Below are positions 44,794-61,137 of a DNA stretch of 64,000 bases, in pieces (the stretch's first letter is position 1; the number at the start of each line of letters is the position of its first letter). The position numbers and the translations under genes are program-made. The DNA is from the human T2T-CHM13v2.0 reference genome, Homo sapiens: assembly GCF_009914755.1 (NCBI RefSeq), contig NC_060944.1; one strand, written 5' to 3'. A model generated the notes under the pieces. The model was not told where the DNA came from. It saw only the letters and a program-made list of their open reading frames with translations, and made no database searches.

Positions 44794-45383
44794 AACTAAC
44801 TCTCTATACATTGATTTACTTTTTTATTTTAAAATATCCTTGCATTCCCAGTAGAAACCCTAGTTGGTAAAAAAAAATTATTGTTTGTAAACCCTTCTTC
44901 TTTGATGTTACGCATCTACAGCTAAAGATTTCCCCTTAAGCAAGGCAGGAGCTGCATTTCACACTTTATAAAATGTTGTATTTTACTATCTTGCCGTTCA
45001 AAATACATATTAATTATTCCTATAATTTTATCTTTAACACATGGCTTTTACATAATTTTAAATAGTACTTTTTAAATTTTAAATTAAATTTTAAATACTT
45101 TTAAATAATAAAAGTATGCTAGTTAATTTCAAAATATTATGTTTCTTAACATCTTATTTTTATTGGTTTCCAACTTAATACTGATGTTTTTCTAGATATC
45201 ACATTTTTAATTGATTGCTATTTTGCAATTATTTCTGCAATATTTTAGTGTTTTGACATTTATAGGGACTTCTTTAAAGAATCAACACTGTCCATCTCAG
45301 TGAGCATTCCATGTGCATGTGAAAAAAAAACGGGTATTCTGTAATTATTGGAGGTAGTGTTCTATACATGTTAATTGGATTGA

Positions 45384-45707
<324 letters not shown>

Positions 45708-46221
45708 ATTTGCTACATTCTTACTAAATGTTTGGTCTAGTTATGCTATCAATAACCAACAGTGAATGATAAAATTTCCAACTGATTGAAGATTTTTCTG
45801 TTTTCAAGTTACTTTTGTCCATCTTTACTTCATGTATTTTTAAGTTATATTATTAGATACATCATGTCTTTCTAATGAATTGACCCTTTCATCATTATGA
45901 AATGGCCTTCATTATCTCTAGTAAATACTGCTTGCCTTGGAGTCAAATACATCAGATATTAATATAATCACTCCACAATTAACAAAGCCATCAAAAGTAG
46001 CTTGTATATCCAACTTATTCTCTGTATCGATTTCTTTCACTTTTGGCCTGAAAAATCTTTACTCACTGAAAAGCAAAGAAGATAAAGAAAAAAAAAAGGT
46101 AAAGAATCCAAGGACTGTGGGACAACTGCAAAAGGTGTAACCTACATGTAATGGGAATACCAGAAGGAGAAGAAAGAGAAAGGAACAGAAAAAAATATTT
46201 AAAACAACAATTGAAAATCTT

Positions 46222-46876
46222 CAGTGGGAGTATAATTAGTTCAACCATTGTGGAAGACAGTGTGGTGATTCCTCAAGGATCTAGAACCAGAAATACCTTT
46301 GACCCAGCAATCTTATTACTGGGTATATACCCAAAGAATTATAAATTGTTCTACTATAAAGACACATGCACACATATGTTTACTGCAGCACTATTTACAA
46401 TAGCAAAGACTTGGAACCAACCCAAATGCCCACCAATGATAGATTGGATAAAGAAAATGTGGCACATATACACCATGGAATACTATGCATTCATAAAAAA
46501 GAATGAGTTCATGTCCTTTGCAGAGACATGGATGAAGCTGGAAACCATCATTCTCAGCAAACTAACACAGGAACAGAAAACCAAACACCGCATGTTCTCA
46601 CTCATAAGTGGGAGTTGAACAATGAGAACACATGGACACAGGGAAGGGAATGTAACACACTGGGGCCTGCCAGGGGTGGGGGGGCAATGAGAAAGCATTA
46701 GGACAAATAATGCACGTGGGGCTTAAAACCTAGATGGCAGGTTTATAGGTGCAGCAAACCACCATGGCACATGCATACCTATGTAACAAACCTGCACGTT
46801 CTGCACATGTATCCCAGAACTTAAAGTAAAATAAAAAGAAAGAAAAAAAAACTTGAGTAAAATGAAAAAGAAAAAG
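46222..46876 (+). mobile_element. 5'-truncated L1PA 3' end inserted in an older L1 ORF1
   Basis: ORF2 C-terminus (...HRMFSLISGS), 3'UTR, A-rich tail; gaaaat[c/t]ttc flanks. Confidence 0.9.
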
Positions 46877-47124
46877 AAAATTTTCCCCAAATTAATATCA
46901 AACATCAAACCACAGATCCAAGAAGCTCAGAGAATACTAAGTAGGATAAATGCAAAAAAAAAAAAAAAAAAACCTAATCATGTCATATTCAAGCTCCATG
47001 AAACAAAATATAAAGAAAGAATCCTGAAAGAAGACAAAGGAAAAAATCTTATCATAATAATAGTGCTCATTTCTCCAACAAGACATAACAATCCTTAATG
47101 TGTATGTGTCTAAAAACAGAGTCA

Positions 47125-48392
47125 AACAATGTTTTGATTTGCATTTCCCTGTTGACTAGTGATACTGAGCATTTTTCCATGTATATGTTGACCATTTGCA
47201 TGTCTTTTGAGAATGTCTATTTTTGTTCTTTGCTCATTTTTCAAGGATATCATTTGTTTTTGTTTCTGTTTTTTTTGCTTTCAGTTGAGTCCCTTGTTTA
47301 TTCTAGTTTGATACAGTCCCATTTGTCTGTTCTTGGTTTTGTTGCCTGTGCTTTTAAGGTCTTAAAATATTTGCCTAGACCAAAGTCCTGGAGTGTTTCC
47401 CCTATGTCTTCTTCTAGTAGTTTTATGGTTTTGGGTCTTAGGTTTAAGTCTCTAATCTATTTTGAGTTGACTTTTGTATATGATGATAGATAGGGGTCTA
47501 GTTTCATTTTTCTGCATATAAATATCCAGTTCCCAGCACCATTTATTGAAGAGTGTGTCCTTTCCCCAGTGGATGTTCTTGGTGCCTTTGTTGAAAATCA
47601 GTTGGCTGTAAATATGTGAATTTATTTCTGGATTCTTTATTCTGTTCCATTGATCTATATGTTCATTTTTATACCAACACCATATTGTTTTGCTATAAGT
47701 ACTATAGCCTTGTAATATATTATGAAGGCAGGTAGTGTGATGCCACAAACTTTGTTCTTTTGTCTCAGAATTGCTTTGGCTATTTTGGCTCTTTTTTGGT
47801 TTCATACACATTTTAGGATTGATTTTTCTATTTATGTGGAAAATGTCATTGCTATTTTGATAAGAATTGAATTGAATCTGTAGATTGTTTTGGGAAATAT
47901 GGTCATTTTAACAAAATTGATTGTTCCTTTTCATGAGCATGGGAGGCATTTCCATTTGTTTGTGTCGTCTTCCATTCCTTTCATCCGTGTCTTGGGGTAT
48001 TCCTTGTTGACATCTTTCTCCTCCTTGGTTAAATTTATTCTTAGGTATTTTTTGTAGCTATTGTAAATGGAATTGCCTTCTTGATTTCTTTTTTGGCTAG
48101 TTCATTATTGGCATATAAAAATGCTACTGATTTTTTAGCATTGATTTTGCATTCTGCAACTTTACTGAATTTGTTTATCAATTCTAAGAGGTTTTTGGTG
48201 GAGTCGTTAGGTTTCTTTAAATAAAATTATGTCATCTGCAAAGAGGGATAAGTTAGTTTCCTGTTTCCCATTTAGATACTGTTTATTTCTTTTTTTGTCT
48301 AATTGCTCTATCTAGCACTTCCAGTACTATGTTGAATGGGAATGATGAAAGTGGACATCTTCTTGTCTTATTCCAGTTCTTAAAGGAAAGGC
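47125..48392 (-). mobile_element. Older antisense L1 ORF2 segment (continues at 54459-55550)
   Basis: Antisense ORF2 sequence contiguous across the full-length L1 insertion. Confidence 0.85.
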
Positions 48393-48634
48393 GACTCTTG
48401 GGGGAGGAGCCAAGATGGCCGAATAGGAACAGCTCCGGTCTACAGCTCCCAGCGTGAGCAGAAGACGGCGATTTCTGCATTTCCATCTGAGGTACTGGGT
48501 TCATCTCACTAGGGAGTGCCAGACAGTGGGCGCAGGCCAGTGGGTGCGCGCACCGGCACCGTGCGCGAGCCGAAGCAGGGCGAGGCATTGCCTCACCTGG
48601 GAAGCGCAAGGGGTCAGGGTGTTCCCTTTCCGAG

Positions 48635-48850
48635 TCAAAGAAAGAGGTGACGGACACACCTGGAAAATCGGGTCACTCCCACCCGAATATTGCGCTTTTC
48701 AGACCGGCTTAAAAAACGGCGCACCACGAGACTATATCCCGCACCTGGCTCGGAGGGTCCTACGCCCACGGAGTCTCGCTGATTGCTAGCACAGCAGTCT
48801 GAGATCAAACTGCAAGGCGGCAGCGAGGCTGGGGGAGGGGCGCCCGCCAT
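48635..48850 (-). CDS. LINE-1 ORF0, intact 71 aa
   Basis: MAGAPPPASLPPCSLISDCCASNQRDSVGVGPSEPG...RCVRHLFL from ATG at 48850. Confidence 0.8.
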   Translation of the reverse strand: MAGAPPPASLPPCSLISDCCASNQRDSVGVGPSEPGAGYSLVVRRFLSRSEKRNIRVGVTRFSRCVRHLFL

Positions 48851-49305
48851 TGCCCAGGCTTGCTTAGGTAAACAAAGCAGCCGGGAAGCTCGAACTGGGT
48901 GGAGCCCACCACAGCTCAAGGAGGCCTGCCTGCCTCTGTAGGCTCCACCTCTGGGGGCAGGGCACAGACAAACAAAAAGACAGCAGTAACCTCTGCAGAC
49001 TTAAATGTCCCTGTCTGACAGCTTTGAAGAGAGCAGTGGTTCTCCCAGCACGCAGCTGGAGATCTGAGAATGGGCAGACTGCCTCCTCAGGTGGGTCCCT
49101 GACCCCTGACCCCCGAGCAGCCTAACTGGGAGGCACCCCCCAGCAGGGGCACACTGACACCTCACACGGCAGGGTATTCCAACAGACCTGCAGCTGAGGG
49201 TGCTGTCTGTTAGAAGGAAAACTAACAAACAGAAAGGACATCCACACCGAAAACCCATCTGTACATCACCATCATCAAAGACCAAAAGTAGATAAAACCA
49301 CAAAG

Positions 49306-50322
49306 ATGGGGAAAAAACAGAACAGAAAAACGGGAAACTCTAAAACGCAGAGCGCCTCTCCTCCTCCAAAGGAACGCAGTTCCTCACCAGCAACGGAACA
49401 AAGCTGGATGGAGAATGACTTTGACGAGCTGAGAGAAGAAGGCTTCAGATGATCAAATTACTCTGAGCTATGGGAGGACATTCAAACCAAAGGCAAAGAA
49501 GTTGAAAACTTTGAAAAAAATTTAGAAGAATGTATAACTAGAATAACCAATACAGAGAAGTGCTTAAAGGAGCTGATGGAGCTGAAAACCAAGGCTCGAG
49601 AACTACGTGAAGAATGCAGAAGCCTCAGGAGCCAATGCGATCAACTGGAAGAAAGGGTATCAGCGATGGAAGATGAAATGAATGAAATGAAGCGAGAAGG
49701 GAAGTTTAGAGAAAAAAGAATAAAAAGAAATGAGCAAAGCCTCCAAGAAATATGGGACTATGTGAAAAGACCAAATCTACGTCTGATTGGTGTACCTGAA
49801 AGTGATGCAGAGAATGGAACCAAGTTGGAAAACACTCTACAGGATATTATCCAGGAGAACTTCCCCAATCTAGCAAGGCAGGCCAACGTTCAGATTCAGG
49901 AAATACAGAGAACGCCACAAAGATACTCCTCGAGAAGAGCAACTCAAAGACACATAATTGTCAGATTCACCAAAGTTGAAATGAAGGAAAAAATGTTAAG
50001 GGCAGCCAGAGAGAAAGGTCGGGTTACCCTCAAAGGGAAGCCCATCAGACTAACAGCGGATCTCTCGGCAGAAACCCTACAAACCAGAAGAGAGTGGGGG
50101 CCAATATTCAACATTCTTAAAGAAAAGAATTTTCAACCCAGAATTTCATATCCAGCCAAACTAAGCTTCATAAGTGAAGGAGAAATAAAATACTTTACAG
50201 ACAAGCAAATGCTGAGAGATTTTGTCACCACCAGGCCTGCCCTAAAAGAGCTCCTGAAGGAAGCGCTAAACATGGAAAGGAACAACTGGTACCAGCCGCT
50301 GCAAAATCATGCCAAAATGTAA
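49306..50322 (+). pseudogene. L1 ORF1 with premature stop at codon 49
   Basis: ATGGGGAAAAAACAGAAC start; TGA at 49450-49452 (likely CGA>TGA); remainder open. Confidence 0.9.
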
Positions 50323-50385
50323 AGACCATCGAGACTAGGAAGAAACTGCATCAACTAACGAGCAAAATCACCAGCTAACATCATA

Positions 50386-54212
<3,827 letters not shown>

Positions 54213-54521
54213 ACAATGAGATCACATGGACACATGAAGGGGAATATCACACTCTGGGGACTGTGGTGGGGTGTGGGGAGGGGGGAGGGATAGCACTGGG
54301 AGATATACCTAAGGCTAGATGACGAGTTAGTGGGTGCAGCACACCAGCATGGCACATGTATACATATGTAACTAACCTGCACAATGTGCACATGTACCCT
54401 AAAACTTAAAGTATAATAAAAAATAAATAAATAAATAAATAAATAAAAAAGGAAAGGCTTTCAGCTTTTCTTCATTCAATATGATGTTAGCTGTGTGTTT
54501 GTCACATATATGACCTTTATT

Positions 54522-54828
<307 letters not shown>

Positions 54829-55919
54829 ATATGACCTTTATTATGTTGAGGTATGTTCCTTCTGTGCCTAGTTTGTTGAGTTTTTAATCATGAAGTGGTG
54901 TTGAATTTTATCAAATGCCTTTTCCTGCATCTATTGAGATGGTCATATTGTTTATGTCCTTCATTTTGTTGATGTGTCATGTTTATCAACTGGCATATGT
55001 TGAATCATTTTTGCTTCTCTGGGATAAATGCCATTTGATTATGATATATTACCTTTTTGATGTGCTGTTGGATTTGACTTGCTAGTATTTTGTTCAGGAT
55101 TTCTGCAGGATTTCATCAGGATTTCATCAGGGATATTGGCCTGTAGCTTCTTTCGTTTTGTTGTGTTCTTGTCAGGTTTTGGTATCTGAGTAATGCTGGC
55201 CTTTAGAATGCTATAGGGAGAATTCCTTCTTCAATTTTTTGGAACAGTTTGAGGAGGATTCATGTTAGTTATTTATACATTTGGTAGAACTTGGTAAACC
55301 AGTGAATCCTTCTGATCCTGGGCTTTTCTTCAGAGATTTTTTATTACGAATTCAATCTTATCACACATTATTGGTCTGTTCAGGATTTCTGTTTCTTTTT
55401 GATTTAATGTTGGTGGCTGGTATGTGTGTGGGAATTTACCTTTTCCCCTAGATTTTCCTGTCAGTGTATACTTGTTCATAATAGTCTCTGATGATCTTTT
55501 GTATTCTGTGATATCATGTGTGATGTCTCCTTTTTTCTTTTCTGATTTTAACACACAAAAGTATAAATCACTGGTACAGCAAATGCATAAATGAGGAAAA
55601 GACCCAAATGTTACCACTACAGAAAACCACTAAACCATAATTATAAATAAGAGAGAAAAAAAAGGCTATACAAAACAACCAAAAACTAATTACCAAAACG
55701 ACAAGAAAAAGTCCTCATATATAAATAGTAAGTTTGACTGTTAAGTGGATTAAATATTCCACTTAAAACATATAGGCTGTCTGAATGAATTTTTTAAAAA
55801 AGTGACCCAGTAATGTAATGCCTACAAGAAACTCACTTCAACTGTTAAGACACATAGACTGATAATAAAGGGATAGAAAAAGATATCTCATGCACACAGA
55901 AACCAAAAGCGAGCAAAGA

Positions 55920-58900
55920 GACGATGGCAGTACGTTCAGGTAGGAGATAAGCTTCCATGACCTCAGCTGCCACCATTCCCCACAATGCCCCAGCTACCCA
56001 AGAGACCCTGAGCCCACTCAACTAGTACATTACTTGTACAAGTAGTACGTTACTACTATAGCTGGCATTTGAGAGAGCCACTACAGTAAAGCTATTTGCA
56101 ACCAAGGAAATCATAAAAAGTCTACATAACTCCTCGACACGCCCATCAGGGCTAATGATTGTGGTTGCCATTGGGAAACCTGAGGGCAAGCCTGCCCCAT
56201 CGAGCTGTGCCCAACTTTGCCCCCACTTTGGGGCTGAGAATGGAGCCCATGCCACTGTGCATTCCACAGACAGACCATTTCCTGAGACAATACTGTTTCT
56301 CCCAGTAAACAAAGATCAAATATAAACTCCCTGCTATCACCGCATCCAGCTCTTAACTGCAAGTGCCACCTACTGGCCTGGAGGTCAAACTGCACAACCC
56401 GATAGAAGTGTTGACATAAGCGTACAGTGCTCGAGAAAAAGATAAGCGTCTCAGGACCTCTGCCACTCAAGATCTGCAGGAGACTGTGAGCCTCATCACA
56501 TGCCTAGTACATCACTACTACAACTGGCATTTGAGAAAGTCACCGCATGAAGGCTATTTATAACCAAGGAATTCATACAGAGTATATGCCATTCTCCCCA
56601 TCATTACCACAAGTGCTGGTGTTTGTGCCTGCCAATGAGCTATTTGAAGGAAAGTTTGACAGTTTAGCTCCACCCAGCTTTATCCTCCCCTTAGGGGCTG
56701 AGCAGGGAGCTCAGGCCAGTGTATATTCCATAGACTGTCCCTTGCCTGAGGCAACAGAGAGCTTCTCCCCGTAAACAAAGATCAAGCATACACCCACCTG
56801 CTTCTGCCCAGATTTTATTCATAAGCACCACATAGTAGCCTGGAGGTCTAACTACACAACCCAGTAAAAAACTGGCTTACACAAGTGCACAGCACGGGGA
56901 AACAAGTTAAGCTTCCTAAGACTTCTGCACTCTAGCCCTGCAGGAGGCAGTGAGCCTAGCCCAGCACATCACTACTACAACCAGCATTTGAGAAAGCCAC
57001 CACACAAAGGCTATCTATAATCAAGAAACTCATACAGACTCTTTGCCACTGAAAGCACCCAGAACCAAGGCCAAATAACCCTACACAATGTATATTATAA
57101 TCACATCCTCAAGGGGGAAAAAGTCCTGACCAAATGAAAGTAAATTTAAAAATAAGAACAGATAGTTGATCCAAATGAGAAGGAACCCAAGAAACAATTC
57201 TGGAAGTATAAAAAAAAGAGTGTTACAACACCCCAAAGGATTGCACTAACTCTTCCACAATGAACCCTAACCAAAATGAAATCTTTGAAATACCAAAGAA
57301 TTCAAAATATTAATTTTAAAGAATCTCAGTAAGGTCCAAGAGAAAGTAAAAAATCAATACAAATCAGAAATATAACTCAGGATATGAATGAAAAATCTAC
57401 TAAAGAGATGGATTTTTTAAAATAGTTTTTTTGTTGTTTGTTTGTTTGTTTGTTGTTGTTGTTGTTGTTGTTGAGATGGAGTCTTGTTCTGTTGCCCAAG
57501 CCAGAGTGCAGTGGTGCGATCTCGGCTCACTGCAAACTCTGCCTCCAGGGTTCAAGTGATTCTCCTGCCTCAGCCTACTGAGTAGCTGGAATTACAGGTG
57601 TGTGCCACTACGCCCAGATAATTTTTTTTTTTATTTTTAGTAGAGACAAGGTTTCACCCTGTTGGCCAGGCTGGTTTTGAACTCCTGACCTCAAGTGATC
57701 TGCCCACCTTGGCCTCCCAAAATGCTGGGATTACAGGTGTGAGCCCACTGTGCCCAGCCTAAATAGTTTTTTCAAATGAACTTCTGTAATTGAAAAATTC
57801 ATTTAAGAAATTACAAAATATAGTTGAAAGCTCTAACAATAGACTAAACCAAGCAGAAGAAAGAGGTTCAGAACTTGAAGACAAGTCTCTTATGAATTAA
57901 CCCAGTCAGACAAAAATAAAGAAAAAAGAATTTTAAAAATGAACAGAGCTTTCAAGAAGTATGAGATTATGTAAAGTAACTGAACCTATGAGTCACAGGT
58001 ATTCCTGAGGAAAAAGAAAAAGTGAGAAGTTTGGAAAAACTATTTGAGGAAGTAATTGGGGAAAACCTCTTTAGTCTTGCTAGAGATTTAGACATCTAAA
58101 TGAAAGAGGCTCAAAGAATGCCAGGAAGATACATTGCAAGACAGACTTCATCAAGATATGTAGTCATCAGACTATCTAAAGTCAACATGAAGGAAAAAAA
58201 TTCTAAAATCAGCAAGAGAAAAGCATACAGTCATCTATAAAGGAAATCCCATCAGAATAACAATGGGCTTCTCAGCGGAAACCTTACAAGCCAGAAGAGA
58301 TTGGATCTAATTTTTGGACTTCTTAAAGAAAAAAAAACCTGTCAAACACGAATGTTATGCCCTGCTAAACTAAGCATCATAAATGAAGGGGAAATAAAGT
58401 CAAGTCTTTCCTGACAAGCAAATGCTAAGATAATTCATCATCACTAAACCAGTCCTATAAGAAATGCTCAAAAGAATTGTAAAAGTCAAAATTAAAGTTC
58501 AATACTCACCATCATAAATACACACAAAAGTACAAAACTCACAGGTTTTATAAAACAATTAATTGAGACTACAGAGCAACTAGGTAAAAAATTAACATTA
58601 CAACAGGAACAAAACCTCATATATCAATATTAACTTTGAATAAAAAGGGATTAAATTCCCCCACTTAAGAGATATAGATTGGCAGAACAGATTTAAAAAC
58701 ATGAACTAACTATATGCTGTTTACAAGAAACTCATTAATAAAGACATGAGTTCAGGTAAAGGGGTGGAAAAAGATGTTCTACGCAAACAGAAACCAAATG
58801 AGAGAAGGAGTAGCTATACTTATATCAGATAAAGCACACTTTAAATCAACAACAGTAAAATAAAACAAAGGAGGTCATCATACAATGATAAAAAGATCAA

Positions 58901-59135
58901 TTCAGCAAGAAGATATAACCATCCTACTAAATACATATGCACCTAACACAAGACTACCCAGATTCATAAAACAAATACTACTAGACCTAAGAGGGATGAG
59001 AAATTACCTAATTGGTACAATGTACAATATTCTGATGATGGTTACACTAAAAGCCCATACTTTACTGCTACTCAATATATCCATGTAACAAATCTGCGCT
59101 TGTACTTCTAAATCTATAACAAAATTAAAATTTAA
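55920..59135 (+). mobile_element. Old L1 (L1MA/L1M2-like) with repeated 5'UTR units, ORF1, EN start fused to 3' end
   Basis: Three ~460-bp units, degenerate ORF1 ~57170-58590, EN to 58990, then L1 3' terminus. Confidence 0.75.
57432..57759 (-). mobile_element. AluS with GTT-type tail and TSD
   Basis: TSD aaatagtttttt at ~57420 and 57761. Confidence 0.95.
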
Positions 59136-59179
59136 CAAAAGTAAATAAAACACATAGCTAAAACTAAAAAAGCAAAAAC

Positions 59180-60090
59180 AAAAACTATGCTAAGTATTGG
59201 TAAAGATGTGGGGAAAAAAGTAAACTCTCAAATATTGCTAGTGGGAGTATAAATTGTTTTCCACTTTGGAAAACAATTTGGTAATTTAGTTTTTTTTTTT
59301 TTCTTTTCTCTTTTTTTTTTTTTTTTTTTGCATGCCAGAAAAAAATATTTACAGTAACTATGGAACACAAAGGTTTATTACATCCATAATTAACATGGAA
59401 CATTTACTTATCAGTTTGACAAGGACAACACTGAGACCTCTTAGGACAGAGAGAAAGGGCAATTTTCAAAGGAAAAAAGCATAGTATATGCATATTTAAT
59501 AAGTAAAACATACACATACCCTGTGACTCAGCCATTGTACATCTAGCTGTTTATCCAAGAGAAATGACAGCATATGGCTACACAAAGAGTTGCACACAAA
59601 TTTTCAATGGCAGTTTTATTTGTAATAGCTAATATCTGAAAACAATCATAATGTTCATTAGGGGGTAAATGGATAAATGATCATATATGCATAAAAAGTA
59701 ATACAAGCAATAAAAAGGAATGAACTATTGGTACACGAAACATATATGATTCAAAATAATTGCCTTGGATGGAAAAAGACAAGCAGAAAAGTATACATGC
59801 TATATTACTTCATTTATGTAATATTCAAGAGAATGCCAAGAAAGCTACAAGAACAAATAGCAGGTCAGTCGTTGCCTGGGTATCATGGAGGTAGAGGGAG
59901 GGAAGGGAAGAGGAAAGAGTGGATGCCAAAGAGGAATGAGAAACATTTTGAGAGTGAAGGATATATACATTATGTTGATTAAGGTAATGGTTTCACCAGT
60001 GCATCTTTTGCCAAGTTCATCAAATTATACACTCTAAATAATGCAGTTTAATGTACATCAATTATATCTCAATAATTTGGAATGAAAAAA
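59180..60090 (+). mobile_element. L1ME-like 3' fragment interrupted by a poly(T)-tailed insert
   Basis: ctagtgggagtataaattg...tttggaaaacaatttgg | aaaacatacacataccctgtgactcagccatt. Confidence 0.7.
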
Positions 60091-60927
60091 AAAACTCCTC
60101 ACAAAGAACAAAACCTCTAGGACCTGATAGCTTTCAGTCACAATATAGTCAGGCACTCAAAAAAAAACTTTAACACAATAAAATTCTCTTTGAATGCCAC
60201 CTTAAACTCAATCCCATCCAGAGAAAACAACTTTTATTAGAATGACATGTGATTTGCATTTTTAGTTCATGCATTTACTTATATACACATAAATATAGCT
60301 TTTTCACATAAATTAAAATCATTGCTATGCATGTTGTTCTAAAATGTTGCTTTTTCACTCAAAAAATGTTTAGTAAGATAAAATCTGCTGCACTCTTTTT
60401 AACAGAAGCACAGAATTAAATCATATGGATGCACTTCGTTTTATGCTACTCTACAGAGTGACAAGACTTCTTTGTGCATTTATCTTTGAGCACTTATTTA
60501 TTTCTTTGTAAAAGGCTTTCTAAATTTCCAGATCATCAACAAAGCATTAATTTGGTCAGTTAAAAAACAATTGCTTATATCCTTCTCTGAAAAGAATGAT
60601 GTACAGAAAAGAATTATATATATATATATGAATAATACATCATAAGTGTTCAGAAAGACATTGTATTTTAGGTGGAGAGACAGGCAGGTGACCAGACTGC
60701 TACATGCAGTAAGATGAACCCTGATAGAACTAACACTGGAGGCTGTGAAAAAACTGCTAGGAGCACCCAGCCTTGGTAGAGCAGCATAATTTCTTCCTGT
60801 AATTCTTTCTCTCCAAATTGCCATACACTTCAGCAGAGTTTGCAACTTCTCTTCTAAGTCTTTATCCTTCCCCCAAGGCATGCCTAGCACAGGACTCTTG
60901 AACAGTGATGCCTCAATTAGAGTTGCT

Positions 60928-61016
60928 AGCCAATAGATTGAAGCTATGTTGGCACAATATCCTACATCCTCCCGATCTACTGGCTGAGCCCAACCCCACC
61001 TAAGAAGGACAATAAA
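60928..61016 (+). promoter_or_regulatory. DEFB126 proximal promoter: CCAAT box and TATA-like AATAAA
   Basis: AGCCAATAG at 60928-60936, ccccacc at ~60994, AATAAA at 61011-61016, 69 nt upstream of the ATG. Confidence 0.5.
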
Positions 61017-61079
61017 GATCTGTGTTCAGAGTCATACTGAATAGAGACTTCTGGACTCTATAGAACCCACTGCCTCCTG

Positions 61080-61137
61080 ATGAAGTCCCTACTGTTCACC
61101 CTTGCAGTTTTTATGCTCCTGGCCCAATTGGTCTCAG
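61080..61137 (+). CDS. DEFB126: Beta-defensin 126 exon 1 (signal peptide MKSLLFTLAVFMLLAQLVS + G)
   Basis: 58-nt signal-peptide exon with phase-1 donor CAG|gtaaac. Confidence 0.97.

Noticed and set aside
60951-60963. Androgen response element near DEFB126 (ggcaca-a-tatcct)
   Set aside because: Half-site spacing is 1 rather than 3 and the match is poor
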